Source: an uncultured Actinomycetota bacterium
GTDB taxonomy: Bacteria > Actinomycetota > Actinomycetes > Propionibacteriales > Nocardioidaceae
Direction of reading: 5' to 3'
DNA: 64,000 nucleotides
NCBI GenBank assembly: GCA_963798055.1
Contig: CAWCRX010000022.1
Location: forward strand, 345,201-409,200
Part shown: in pieces, positions 44,275-53,013 of the stretch
How positions within the stretch are numbered: position 1 is the first letter of the stretch
Layout: each line of letters starts with the position of its first letter
The notes under the pieces: generated by a model
What the model saw: only the letters and a program-made list of their open reading frames with translations
Told to the model about the DNA's origin: nothing
The model's database searches: none
Position numbers and translations under genes: made by a program

Positions 44275-45408
44275 TCAGGCGCGAGCCGGCGCGGCGAGCC
44301 GCCAGCCGTCGGCGTCGGGCTCGACCAGGCCCGCGGCCCGGAGCCGGCCCAGCGCGGCGTCGACCTCGGCCAGCGCCAGCCCGGCCACGAGGGCGATCGA
44401 GTCCGGACGAGCGCCGGTCCCCACCGGGACCGCGTCGAGCACCTGCTGCTCCTTGATCGGCAGCAGGTCCCGCGGGTTGACCGGACCCCGCGGCTCCTCG
44501 ACGAGGTGCTCGCCGGCCGGGCCGACCAGCTCCAGCACCTCGCGCCCGTTGGTGACGAGCTCGGCACCGCCTGTCCGGATCAGCTGGTGCACCCCGCCCG
44601 AGGGTGCGCTGGTGACCGGGCCGGGCACGCCCATCACCGCCCGGTTGAGCCGGTTGGCCCAGTGGGCGGTGTTGAGCGCGCCGCTGCGGACGGCCGCCTC
44701 CACGACCACGGTCCCGCGGGTGATGGCGGCGATCAGCCGGTTGCGGGCCAGGAACCGGATCCGTTGGGGCGCACACCCGAGGGGAGCCTCGGAGACCACC
44801 GCACCGAACTCGGCGAGGTGGTCGAGCAGGGACTGGTGCGCCTTCGGGTAGGCACGGTCGACGCCGCACGCCAGGATCGCGATGGTGGGGCCGCCGCCCG
44901 CCAGCGCACCGCGGTGCGCGGCGCGGTCGATCCCGAACGCCGCGCCGGAGACGACCGGACTGCCCGCCTCGACCAGCGTCTGGCCGATGTCGGTGGCCAG
45001 CTGGTCGCCGTAGGTCGTGGCGGCCCGGGACCCGACGACCGCGACCGAGGTCCCGAGGGAGTCCAGCCGGACCGGGCCCTTGGCCCAGAGCCCGATCGGG
45101 ATGCCGCCCCGGTTGTTGAGTGGCTCCGCGTTGGCCAGGTCGTCGAGCTGCCCGGGCCACTCCTGGTCACCCGGGATCACGAACCGGATGCCGAGTCGGG
45201 CGGCGCGGGCCAGCTCTCCCTCGGGCTCGCAAGAGGCCAGCCGGTCTGCGACGTCGGCGAAGACGCCGGACAGGCCGTCGCCCCTTCGGAGCCGGGGCAG
45301 CAGGTCGATCGCGCCGAATCTGGCCACCAGCTCCGTGATCCTGGGGTCGCCGGGCTCGGTGACCCGGCTCAGCGCGGCGCGCGCGAGTCGGTCCTCGCCC
45401 AGGCTCAT
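44275..45408 (-). CDS. dprA: DNA-processing protein DprA
   Basis: VAVVGSR, VSGAAFGID, FLARNRLIA and VVEAAVRSGALNTA. Confidence 0.95.
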   Translation of the reverse strand: MSLGEDRLARAALSRVTEPGDPRITELVARFGAIDLLPRLRRGDGLSGVFADVADRLASCEPEGELARAARLGIRFVIPGDQEWPGQLDDLANAEPLNNRGGIPIGLWAKGPVRLDSLGTSVAVVGSRAATTYGDQLATDIGQTLVEAGSPVVSGAAFGIDRAAHRGALAGGGPTIAILACGVDRAYPKAHQSLLDHLAEFGAVVSEAPLGCAPQRIRFLARNRLIAAITRGTVVVEAAVRSGALNTAHWANRLNRAVMGVPGPVTSAPSGGVHQLIRTGGAELVTNGREVLELVGPAGEHLVEEPRGPVNPRDLLPIKEQQVLDAVPVGTGARPDSIALVAGLALAEVDAALGRLRAAGLVEPDADGWRLAAPARA

Positions 45409-47003
45409 CCGGCGCGCCGTTCGAGCGAGGCGAGCAGGAGCGGCTGCTTGGTCCGCAGCCGCAGCGCGGTGTCCAGCTCGTCGACCCCGGGAGTGACGTC
45501 GGTCCCGGTGCTGATCGACCGCAGGTCGGCAACGGTCCAGGCGAGTCGATGGACGCGCACGGCACCGCGGCTGCTCAGCCGACCGGAGTAGACCGCCTCC
45601 TGGAGGATGCGCTGTGCGCTCGGGCGCAGCGGCCAGGAGTCGCGGAGCGCGGCACCCGGCGCCTGGCCGTTGAGCCGCCAGCTCTCGTGGCGGAACCGGT
45701 GGTGCTGGCGGTCGCGGATCCGGGCGACCCGGTCCCGGACCTGGGCGGAGGACTCCGGGGCGTCGAGCGGATCGCGGGCCCGGCTCAGCGGTTCGACCTG
45801 CCGGGTGATGTCGATCCGGTCGGCGATCGGTCCGGTGATCCGGCCTTGGTAGTCGCGCAGGCGCTGCGCGTTGCAGCGGCACTTGTTGGTCGGGGCGGAC
45901 TCGGTGAAGCCGCCGCACGGGCACGGGTTGCAGGCCAGCACCAGCAGACAGCGGGCGGGCAGCGTCACCGACTCCTCGCGCCGGGCAACGGTGATCTCCC
46001 CGCTCTCCAACGGCTGGCGCAGCGCCTCGATCACGTCGCTGCGGAAGAGCGGGAACTCGTCCAGGAACAGGACGCCGCAGTGGGCGCGGCTGATCTCGCC
46101 GGGCCGGACCTGCCCGCTGCCGCCGCCGATCAGGCTGGCCTTGCTCGCGTCGTGGTGCGGGCCGGAGTACGGCGGGGTGGTGAGCATCCCGTCGCCCGGC
46201 TCGAGCGCGCCGGCCAGCGAGTGGATCGCGGTGAGCTCGAGCGACTCCTCCGGGGTCAGCTCGGGCAGGATCGTCGGGATCCGCTCGGCCAGGCTGGTCT
46301 TGCCGGCCCCCTTGGGACCGGTCAGCAGCACCGGGTGGCCACCCGCCGCCGCGACCTCCACGGCGTACTTGGCGTCCGCCATCCCGAACAGGTCGCTGAA
46401 GTCGAGCTCCTCGAGCCGCTCCTGGCCGCGCCAGGCGAGCAGCCTGCTGCCGGACATCGGCGCGACCGGCGGCGCCTCGGGCACCTCCTCGCCGCGGAGC
46501 TCGGCGACCACCTGGCCGAGCGAGCGCATCCCGAGCACGGTCATGCCGGGCACCATCGCCGCCTCGCGCGCCTGGGGCTCGGGCACGAAGACCCGGGTGA
46601 TCCCCCGCTCGGCGGCGGCCAGCACCATCGGCAGCACTCCCGGGACCGACCTGAGTCCTCCGGACAACGTCAGCTCGCCCACGAACGCGGTCTCGGCGAG
46701 GGCCTCTCGCGGCACCCGGTCGGCAGCAGCCAGCACGGATACGGCGATCGGCAGGTCGAAGTGGGTCCCGCTCTTGGCCAGGTCGGCCGGCGCCAGCAGC
46801 ACCGTGACGCGACGGGTCTTCGGCCACTCGAGGCCGCTGTTGATCACCGCCATCCGACAGCGGTCGCGCGCCTCGTTGAGCGAGACGTCCGGGCGCCCGA
46901 TGAGCGTGGTGCCCACCGTGCCCGGCGACACGTCGGCCTGTACGTCGATCAGGTGGCCCAGCGCGCCCTGCAGGCTGACCGTGTGGGCGGTCGCGAACGG
47001 CAT
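45405..47003 (-). CDS. comM: ComM/YifB MCM-like AAA+ ATPase
   Basis: GPKGAGKT, PGEISRAHCGVLFLDE, LRQPLESG and NPCPCG. Confidence 0.93.
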   Translation of the reverse strand: MPFATAHTVSLQGALGHLIDVQADVSPGTVGTTLIGRPDVSLNEARDRCRMAVINSGLEWPKTRRVTVLLAPADLAKSGTHFDLPIAVSVLAAADRVPREALAETAFVGELTLSGGLRSVPGVLPMVLAAAERGITRVFVPEPQAREAAMVPGMTVLGMRSLGQVVAELRGEEVPEAPPVAPMSGSRLLAWRGQERLEELDFSDLFGMADAKYAVEVAAAGGHPVLLTGPKGAGKTSLAERIPTILPELTPEESLELTAIHSLAGALEPGDGMLTTPPYSGPHHDASKASLIGGGSGQVRPGEISRAHCGVLFLDEFPLFRSDVIEALRQPLESGEITVARREESVTLPARCLLVLACNPCPCGGFTESAPTNKCRCNAQRLRDYQGRITGPIADRIDITRQVEPLSRARDPLDAPESSAQVRDRVARIRDRQHHRFRHESWRLNGQAPGAALRDSWPLRPSAQRILQEAVYSGRLSSRGAVRVHRLAWTVADLRSISTGTDVTPGVDELDTALRLRTKQPLLLASLERRAG

Positions 47004-47369
47004 CAGCCGATGCCCCTTCACGTGGTCGACCTCGGCCGGCCCACGAGGCGGGCGAAGAACCGCGACCAGGTCGACCCGAGTGTGCTCGGCGACCACCTCG
47101 TGGGCGTGCATCCAGGCCTGGCCGAGCCGTCGGAGCCGATCGAGCTTGGCCTCGGTGATCGCCTCGTGCGGGGTGCCGCACAGGTGGCTCGTCCGGGTCT
47201 TCACCTCGCACACGACGAGCACCCGGCCGTCGCGGAGGACGAGGTCGATCTCGCCCTCGGGGCATCGCCAGTTGCGGTCCAGCAGGACCATCCCGGCAGC
47301 GGTCAGGCGGCGGGCGGCGACGTCCTCGCCGTACGCCCCCAACGCCTGTCTGCAGGCACTCGTCGTCAT
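47003..47369 (-). CDS. yraN: YraN (UPF0102) nuclease
   Basis: GAYGE, RNWRC..GEIDLV and VCEVKTR; the TGATG junction with comM is restored by removing one G near 47013. Confidence 0.9.
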
Positions 47370-47433
47370 CCGTTGACCTCCTGCGCACAGCCTGATCGAG
47401 CGTGCCTACGAGAGAGGGGCTCACGGTGCTCGC

Positions 47434-47470
47434 CTGTGGAGAAGGTGCCGTCGAAGCGGGCCTGTGGACG
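47434..47470 (-). promoter_or_regulatory. Bipartite TCCACAG motif, copy 2 (upstream of yraN)
   Basis: Minus strand reads CGTCCACAGGCCCGC-N13-TCTCCACAG. Confidence 0.6.
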
Positions 47471-47471
47471 A

Positions 47472-49292
47472 TCAGCCGCCCAGTTTCGGGGCGCCGCAGG
47501 TCGACTCTTCCAAGCCGTAGACGTCCGCGCCACCGAGGTTCATGCCCAGTGCCTCGTTGAGCTGCACCAGGATGTCGTTGACCTTGTCCGCCACCGGCTG
47601 CACGAGTGGCAGGATCCGGGTGGACAGGGCGCCCGCGGGCGTCACCAGCTCGTCGATGATGGGGGTCACCAGCGCCAGCAGGCTGGCGGTGGGCACGGTG
47701 GTCGGGATGCCGAGCACCTTGACCACCACGTTCCCGACCTGCAGCGTGCCGTTGGTCTGGGTGACCGTTACGTCGGGTAGCACGATGTCGCCCGAGCCGA
47801 CGGAGACGTGGTCGCCGTACGACAGCGGTGGGTACGACAGCGTCACGTGCTCGGGCGTGGTTGCGGCGGGCTTGAACGCGGATGCCGCCACCGAGATGTT
47901 GAAGTCCACCGGGACCACCACGTCGACGAGCCCGATGCCGAGCAGGCTCACCTTCCCGGAGATGTCCCCCTTCACGCGGGCCGAAGCGGTCAGCGACGCG
48001 GTCAGTAGATTGGTCCAGACGTCGACGTCGAATACGTCCGGGTCGCAGCTCGAATCCGTCAGTTCCGCGCGCGCCCCGGCCAGATCGACATTCAGGCTGA
48101 GGTTGAGCGTCGCGTCCGGGGTCCCCGTCTGCATACCCACCAGACGCAGCTGCGACTTGCCGTTGCTGACCAGGGGGCTGTTGTTCGGCTGGACCTTGAT
48201 GTTCGACTTGAAGGTGAGCTGCGAGGTTTCGGGGCCAGCCGTCTGGAACCCGGTGCACCAGCGGCGGGCCTTCTCGATGATCTTGAGCTCGGTGCCGGTG
48301 GTGACTCCGACCGACCCGAGCTCCGCCTGCAGGTTGTGCACGTCCAGGAGGTTCGTGCCGTTGGCGAGGAACACGGTGCCGACCAGCAGGTCGAGCGCGT
48401 TGAGGTGGGTGTTCAGGACGGCGTCGGACGATCCGTCGATGGCCAGGACGTCGTTGAAGTTCAGGACGAACGGCGCGACGACGCTGGTGGCAGCCGCGTT
48501 GAACACCGCCGCCTCGGCGATCTTGCCCTGCCCCGTGAGCGCGTACGCCGAGGCCAGGAAGAGGTCACCTACGGTGAGGTCGGGGAGGGCGAGCAGTTCG
48601 TCCACGGTGCCGACGCCGATCGACGGGGCGTGGATCAGGTCCAACACGGAGACGTTCGCGCTGGCCAGCCCCTGGTAGCCAACGAGGTTCAGGGTCGAGG
48701 CGCCGAGAATCGGCTTGAGCAGCCCCCCGAAGACATCCGACGACGACGGGTCGATGCTCGCGGCGTAGGAGCCCAGCTGGAAGCACGCCGACGACTCCGA
48801 GATCCCGACCGCTCTCCGGGAGACCCCACCTTCGTCGACCCCGAGCAGCCCCCCGAATGCGAACCCCACCTCCGTCGTGGCCACCACCACCACACCGTTG
48901 GGCTCCGCGGAGTCGAGGACCTCCTGCGGGACGCCACTCGACATCGGATAGCTGCCGTCGTCGTCGAGCTCCACCAGATAGGCACGGACACAGGTGCCGT
49001 CCTCACACGCGCCGGGGTCGTCCCCGAGCACCGTGGTCTTGTTGCGGTCGACACTCGCGGTCTTCGCCGTCTCGAATGGCGTTTTGTCGCCCGTCCCCGC
49101 CCTGATCTGTGCGCCCGTCCGCCCGTCCACCAGGCGTGCCAGGTCGAGAGCCACGATGTCGGCCAGGGCCTGCATGTCGCGACGCGCTGATCGTTGCACG
49201 CCGAGATCGACGGCCATGGCTGCGATCAGTAACAAGACGGCGGCTATCACGCCCACCACCGGCAGCACTGCTCCGCGCTCGTCCCCGCGCAT
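47472..49292 (-). CDS. TadG-like Flp pilus assembly protein (606 aa)
   Basis: DERGA prepilin-like site, hydrophobic helix, AVDLG..RDMQALAD. Confidence 0.8.
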   Translation of the reverse strand: MRGDERGAVLPVVGVIAAVLLLIAAMAVDLGVQRSARRDMQALADIVALDLARLVDGRTGAQIRAGTGDKTPFETAKTASVDRNKTTVLGDDPGACEDGTCVRAYLVELDDDGSYPMSSGVPQEVLDSAEPNGVVVVATTEVGFAFGGLLGVDEGGVSRRAVGISESSACFQLGSYAASIDPSSSDVFGGLLKPILGASTLNLVGYQGLASANVSVLDLIHAPSIGVGTVDELLALPDLTVGDLFLASAYALTGQGKIAEAAVFNAAATSVVAPFVLNFNDVLAIDGSSDAVLNTHLNALDLLVGTVFLANGTNLLDVHNLQAELGSVGVTTGTELKIIEKARRWCTGFQTAGPETSQLTFKSNIKVQPNNSPLVSNGKSQLRLVGMQTGTPDATLNLSLNVDLAGARAELTDSSCDPDVFDVDVWTNLLTASLTASARVKGDISGKVSLLGIGLVDVVVPVDFNISVAASAFKPAATTPEHVTLSYPPLSYGDHVSVGSGDIVLPDVTVTQTNGTLQVGNVVVKVLGIPTTVPTASLLALVTPIIDELVTPAGALSTRILPLVQPVADKVNDILVQLNEALGMNLGGADVYGLEESTCGAPKLGG

Positions 49293-49846
49293 CAGCTGAC
49301 CTGCGCCTCGGTCGTGTACGTCATGGTGTCCGGCAGCACCACACCGACACCTGGGAACGAAGGCAACAGCGGATCGTCGGAGTAGGTGTACGCCAGCGTG
49401 ACCTCGACGCACATGGCTCCCGTGGTGCTTCCGGTGCAGGCCTGCGGAAGCGAGACCGTGCAGACGCCCGCGTGGTCGGTTCCGTGCATCAGCAGGCCAC
49501 CGGTGGTGCAGGCGACGTCGTAGCTCGAGAGGCCCTGGTTCACTGCTTGAACCGCCCGGTTCTGCAGGCTGTCGGCGTTGCCGCTGGCCGTGTTCGGCAC
49601 GCTGGCCGGCGCAACCGCAGCAGCGCGGGCACCCTCCGCAGCCGCCTGGCTGAGCGCCTGTCGGAAACTCAGCATGTAGCCGTAGTCGATGATCGCGAAG
49701 AGCAAAAAGCAGAGGAACGGTACGACGATCGCGAACTCCACGGCGGCGGCTCCGCGGTCGCGGCTACCGCAGGCTCCAGCGTCCGGGGCACTTCCCGGCC
49801 GGCTCTGACGATGCGCGTCGATTACGCGCGCGATGACTCCGCTCAC
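49292..49846 (-). CDS. TadE family pseudopilin
   Basis: DRGAAAVEFAIVVP..AAAEGARAAA. Confidence 0.88.
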   Translation of the reverse strand: MSGVIARVIDAHRQSRPGSAPDAGACGSRDRGAAAVEFAIVVPFLCFLLFAIIDYGYMLSFRQALSQAAAEGARAAAVAPASVPNTASGNADSLQNRAVQAVNQGLSSYDVACTTGGLLMHGTDHAGVCTVSLPQACTGSTTGAMCVEVTLAYTYSDDPLLPSFPGVGVVLPDTMTYTTEAQVS

Positions 49847-50582
49847 GCGAGCGTTCCCTCCTCAGGTGACCCGGGGGGCCACCTCTCCCACGACCCACAT
49901 TAGGACCTACGGAGGCGCTGCACAGGCGATCGCGATGGAGTGCCCGAAGGGCCATCGCTCCTGGCCCAGTCGGGCTATGCCTTCAGTAGCCGATCGGCCA
50001 GCCAACAGGGGCAGGCGGGGCGCACAGGGGTTCCGGCAGTGCCCGGGGCGGCACCTGCGGTCGTGATGCCGAAGGCTGGCAGCAGGGTGTCGGCGAGCGC
50101 CCGACGATGAGCCACCACGGCGAAGTCTCGCGTTCATGCGGTTGAGCCCATCATCCTGGAGTCCGTCGTCACCCGACGATGATCACTCCGGGGGCGGCAG
50201 GTCGTACTCATCGTCTTGATCGACGTGTGGAGCGCCGGTATCGGTGGACCGAGATTCGCCTACGCGAAGAGGAAACATCAGCCGGCTCGTCGTCTTCGCG
50301 CGGACATTGGCCAGGCCTGATCGAACAGCTGACGGTGACCCGGTTACCTGCGCACGTCCCACCATCGACGAGGCGCCGATGCATTCGCCAGCTGCTCCTC
50401 GGGCCGACGTTCGTCAGTAGCCCACGGACTCCGAGAACCGAGATTGATGGTCGACGAGAACCAGATATGGCCCGGCCCCTACCCGTGGGCAGACGTCGGC
50501 GACCTGGGAACCAACGCCGCGCGCCACCGGACCTGTTCACCGGCCGTACAAAGATCTGACCGATCGACCACGTCGGCGGTGG

Positions 50583-50891
50583 CTACGGCTTGGGCGGGTC
50601 GATATCGGCCTGCGCGAGCTCCTCGACGTTGACGTCCTTGAACGTCAGCACCTTGACGTTCTTCGCGAAGCGAGCCGGGCGGTACATGTCCCACACCCAC
50701 GCGTCGCTCATCGACACCTCGAAGAACACGTCGCCCGCCTCGGTGCGGGCCTTCACGTCAACCTGGTTGCACAGGTAGAACCGACGGTCGGTCTCGACGA
50801 CGTACTTGAAGATCCCGACGACGTCGCGGTACTCGCGGTAGAGGGTCAGCTCCTGCTCGGTCTCGTACTTCTCGAGATCCTCAGCACTCAT
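50583..50891 (-). CDS. DUF2469 protein
   Basis: MSAEDLEKYE..YVVETDRRFYL..DAWVWDMYRPARF. Confidence 0.93.
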   Translation of the reverse strand: MSAEDLEKYETEQELTLYREYRDVVGIFKYVVETDRRFYLCNQVDVKARTEAGDVFFEVSMSDAWVWDMYRPARFAKNVKVLTFKDVNVEELAQADIDPPKP

Positions 50892-50943
50892 CTTTTGGGG
50901 TCCCCGTTCGAAGCGGAACGAAGTGAGCATTCGAACGGGGTAT
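50892..50943. repeat. REP-like palindromic element
   Basis: CCCCGTTCGAA...TTCGAACGGGG, flanked on the minus strand by GATGA direct repeats. Confidence 0.6.
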
Positions 50944-51654
50944 TCATCGAACCTCCTCCAGGGTCGCGGCGATCTCCTCATTCTGCACGTCAACCGGCGG
51001 CTCGAGCCCCGCGGCCCGCCGGACGTTGACGAACCGCATCCGGTGGATCGGGCAAGGGCCGTGTGTAGTCAGGGCGGCGGTGTGCTCGTCGGTGACGTAG
51101 CCCTTGTGCGTCTTGAAGTCGTACGCCGGGTAGTCGGCGTCCAGCTCGGTCATGATCCGGTCCCGGGTCACCTTCGCCAGGACCGACGCCGCCGCGATGC
51201 AGGCGGCCACCCGGTCGCCCTTCCACACGGCCAGGCCCGCCGTCCCGAGCCCGTCGACCGGGAACCCGTCGGTGAGCACATACGCCGGCGGCAGGTCCAG
51301 CAGCGCCACGGCCCGGCGCAACGCCTCGACGTTGGCCACGTGCATCCCGAGCCGGTCGCACTCGTCGTGCTCGATCACCACCACCGACCACGCGACCGCC
51401 CGCTTCACGATCTGCGTGTAGCAGCGTTCCCTGGCCTTCTCGGTGAGCAGCTTGGAGTCCGCAAGGCCGGGGACGATCCCGGCCTTCCCGGGCGGCAGGA
51501 TCGCCGCGCCGGCGACCAACGGACCGGCGCACGCGCCGCGGCCGGCCTCGTCGACACCGGCGATCGGCTCGATACCGTGCCGGCGCAACGCCCTCTCGTA
51601 GCCGTAGAGGCCGGCGTCACGGCGAACGGTGAGTCCACGAGGCAGGTCGGACAC
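50944..51654 (-). CDS. rnhB: Ribonuclease HII
   Basis: AGVDEAGRG, DSK and KGD..IAAASVLAKVTRD. Confidence 0.96.
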   Translation of the reverse strand: MSDLPRGLTVRRDAGLYGYERALRRHGIEPIAGVDEAGRGACAGPLVAGAAILPPGKAGIVPGLADSKLLTEKARERCYTQIVKRAVAWSVVVIEHDECDRLGMHVANVEALRRAVALLDLPPAYVLTDGFPVDGLGTAGLAVWKGDRVAACIAAASVLAKVTRDRIMTELDADYPAYDFKTHKGYVTDEHTAALTTHGPCPIHRMRFVNVRRAAGLEPPVDVQNEEIAATLEEVR

Positions 51655-51659
51655 GAGTG

Positions 51660-52415
51660 CTACTCCGGGTCGGGGACGTCCGCGAACGAGTCGGAGCGTC
51701 CGATCCAGTCGAACCGGCCGGCCGGCCAGACGAGGACGAACACCTTGCCGACCACCAGGTCCACGTCGATGTACGGGTTCTTCGTGCAGTCGGTCTCGTT
51801 CTTCAGGCAGAGGTGCACGGTGGAGTCGGCGGACTCTCCGCGGTTGTCGCCCATGACGAAGATGTGCCCGTCGGGCACCGGGCCGGCCGTCCACTGGCAG
51901 TTGCCGATCATCGGGCCGTTGCAGGGCACGCCCTTGGGGACGTACGCCTCCTCGTCCAACGGCTCGCCGTTGACGGCGATCCGGCCCTGGTCGTCGCAGC
52001 AGGTGATGACGTCTCCCGCGGTGCCGATCACCCGCTTCACCAGGTGACCGCCCTCGGGGTAGAGGCCGATCTTGGCCATCACCTTGGCAACCGGGTTCGT
52101 CGGGCCGGCCTCTTCGTTGCCGAGCCAGTTGTCCGGGTCCTTGAAGACCACGACGTCGCCACGCTCCGGCGTACCGCCGAACCAGTAGGAGACCTTCTGC
52201 ACCAGGATCCGGTCGTTCTCGACGAGACCCGGCTCCATCGACTGCGACGGGATGTAGAACGCCTGGACGAACAGCGCCTTGATCACGACGGCGAGGACCA
52301 CTGCGACCGCGAGCAGGAGCAAGGTCTCCTGCCAGACGGACAGGTGTCGCTTCTTGCGGGGAGCGTCCTCGACCTCAGGCTCTTCGGAGTCGAGGGGTCG
52401 CTCGTCCGTTGTCAC
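51660..52415 (-). CDS. lepB: Signal peptidase I
   Basis: IPSQSMEP, VKRVIG and MGDNR..SADS. Confidence 0.95.
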   Translation of the reverse strand: MTTDERPLDSEEPEVEDAPRKKRHLSVWQETLLLLAVAVVLAVVIKALFVQAFYIPSQSMEPGLVENDRILVQKVSYWFGGTPERGDVVVFKDPDNWLGNEEAGPTNPVAKVMAKIGLYPEGGHLVKRVIGTAGDVITCCDDQGRIAVNGEPLDEEAYVPKGVPCNGPMIGNCQWTAGPVPDGHIFVMGDNRGESADSTVHLCLKNETDCTKNPYIDVDLVVGKVFVLVWPAGRFDWIGRSDSFADVPDPE

Positions 52416-52449
52416 GTTGCGAGTCTAGGGAGCGGTCCGCAGGACCGGC

Positions 52450-52800
52450 TCAGGCCTCTCGGCGCTCCTTGATCTTCGCTGCCTTGCCGCGCAGGTTGCG
52501 CAGGTAGTAGAGCTTCGCCCGGCGGACGTCACCACGGGTGACGATCTCGATCTCCTCGAAGATCGGGGAGTGCAGCGGGAAGGTGCGCTCCACGCCGACG
52601 CCGAAGGAGACCTTGCGGACGGTGAAGGTGCGTCCGATGCCGGCGCCCTGAAGGCGGATTACGACGCCCTGGAAGATCTGGACGCGGGAGCGGTTGCCCT
52701 CGACGACCTTCACGTGGACCTTGATGGTGTCACCGGCTCGGAAGGCGGGGACGTCGGTGCGCTTCTGGGCGTCGCCCAGGTCGGCAATCACGTTGCTCAT
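52450..52800 (-). CDS. rplS: 50S ribosomal protein L19
   Basis: [15 protein letters not shown] and [10 protein letters not shown]. Confidence 0.98.
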   Translation of the reverse strand: MSNVIADLGDAQKRTDVPAFRAGDTIKVHVKVVEGNRSRVQIFQGVVIRLQGAGIGRTFTVRKVSFGVGVERTFPLHSPIFEEIEIVTRGDVRRAKLYYLRNLRGKAAKIKERREA

Positions 52801-52804
52801 GTTT

Positions 52805-52975
52805 CTCCTCGCGAGTGTCACAGGTCAGCCGCGGTATCTGAAGAGTGCTGTTCAGCTCTCTGATGGTTCAGCCTCGTCGGGTGGCCGGCGGCGTGCGGTA
52901 CCCCCTGTGACAGGTGCCCGACGCAGACCCGGCCGGGGTCTCCCCCGAACGCGGTCCTTCGGCCGACGAGGCCAA
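52805..52975 (-). promoter_or_regulatory. Structured rplS 5' leader, candidate pseudoknot
   Basis: 10-bp and 9-bp crossing complementary segments; extended -10 TGGCAGACT upstream. Confidence 0.5.
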
Positions 52976-53013
52976 GAAGAGAGTCTGCCACAGCGCCCGT
53001 GGACGACTGGAAA

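Noticed and set aside
45405-47369. Apparent 654-aa YraN-ComM fusion
   Set aside because: The junction reads AAGGGGCATCGGCTGATG. Removing one G from the homopolymer gives K-G-I-G-stop with a TGATG overlap, so it is probably an indel artefact.
44275-48258. 1327-aa ORF and other long Arg/Pro/Gly-rich alternative-frame or antisense ORFs
   Set aside because: These are shadow ORFs caused by high GC; only the last 377 aa (DprA) of this one is real.
49900-49990. c-di-GMP riboswitch upstream of tadE
   Set aside because: Only a simple hairpin is present; the conserved GEMM core sequences were not found.
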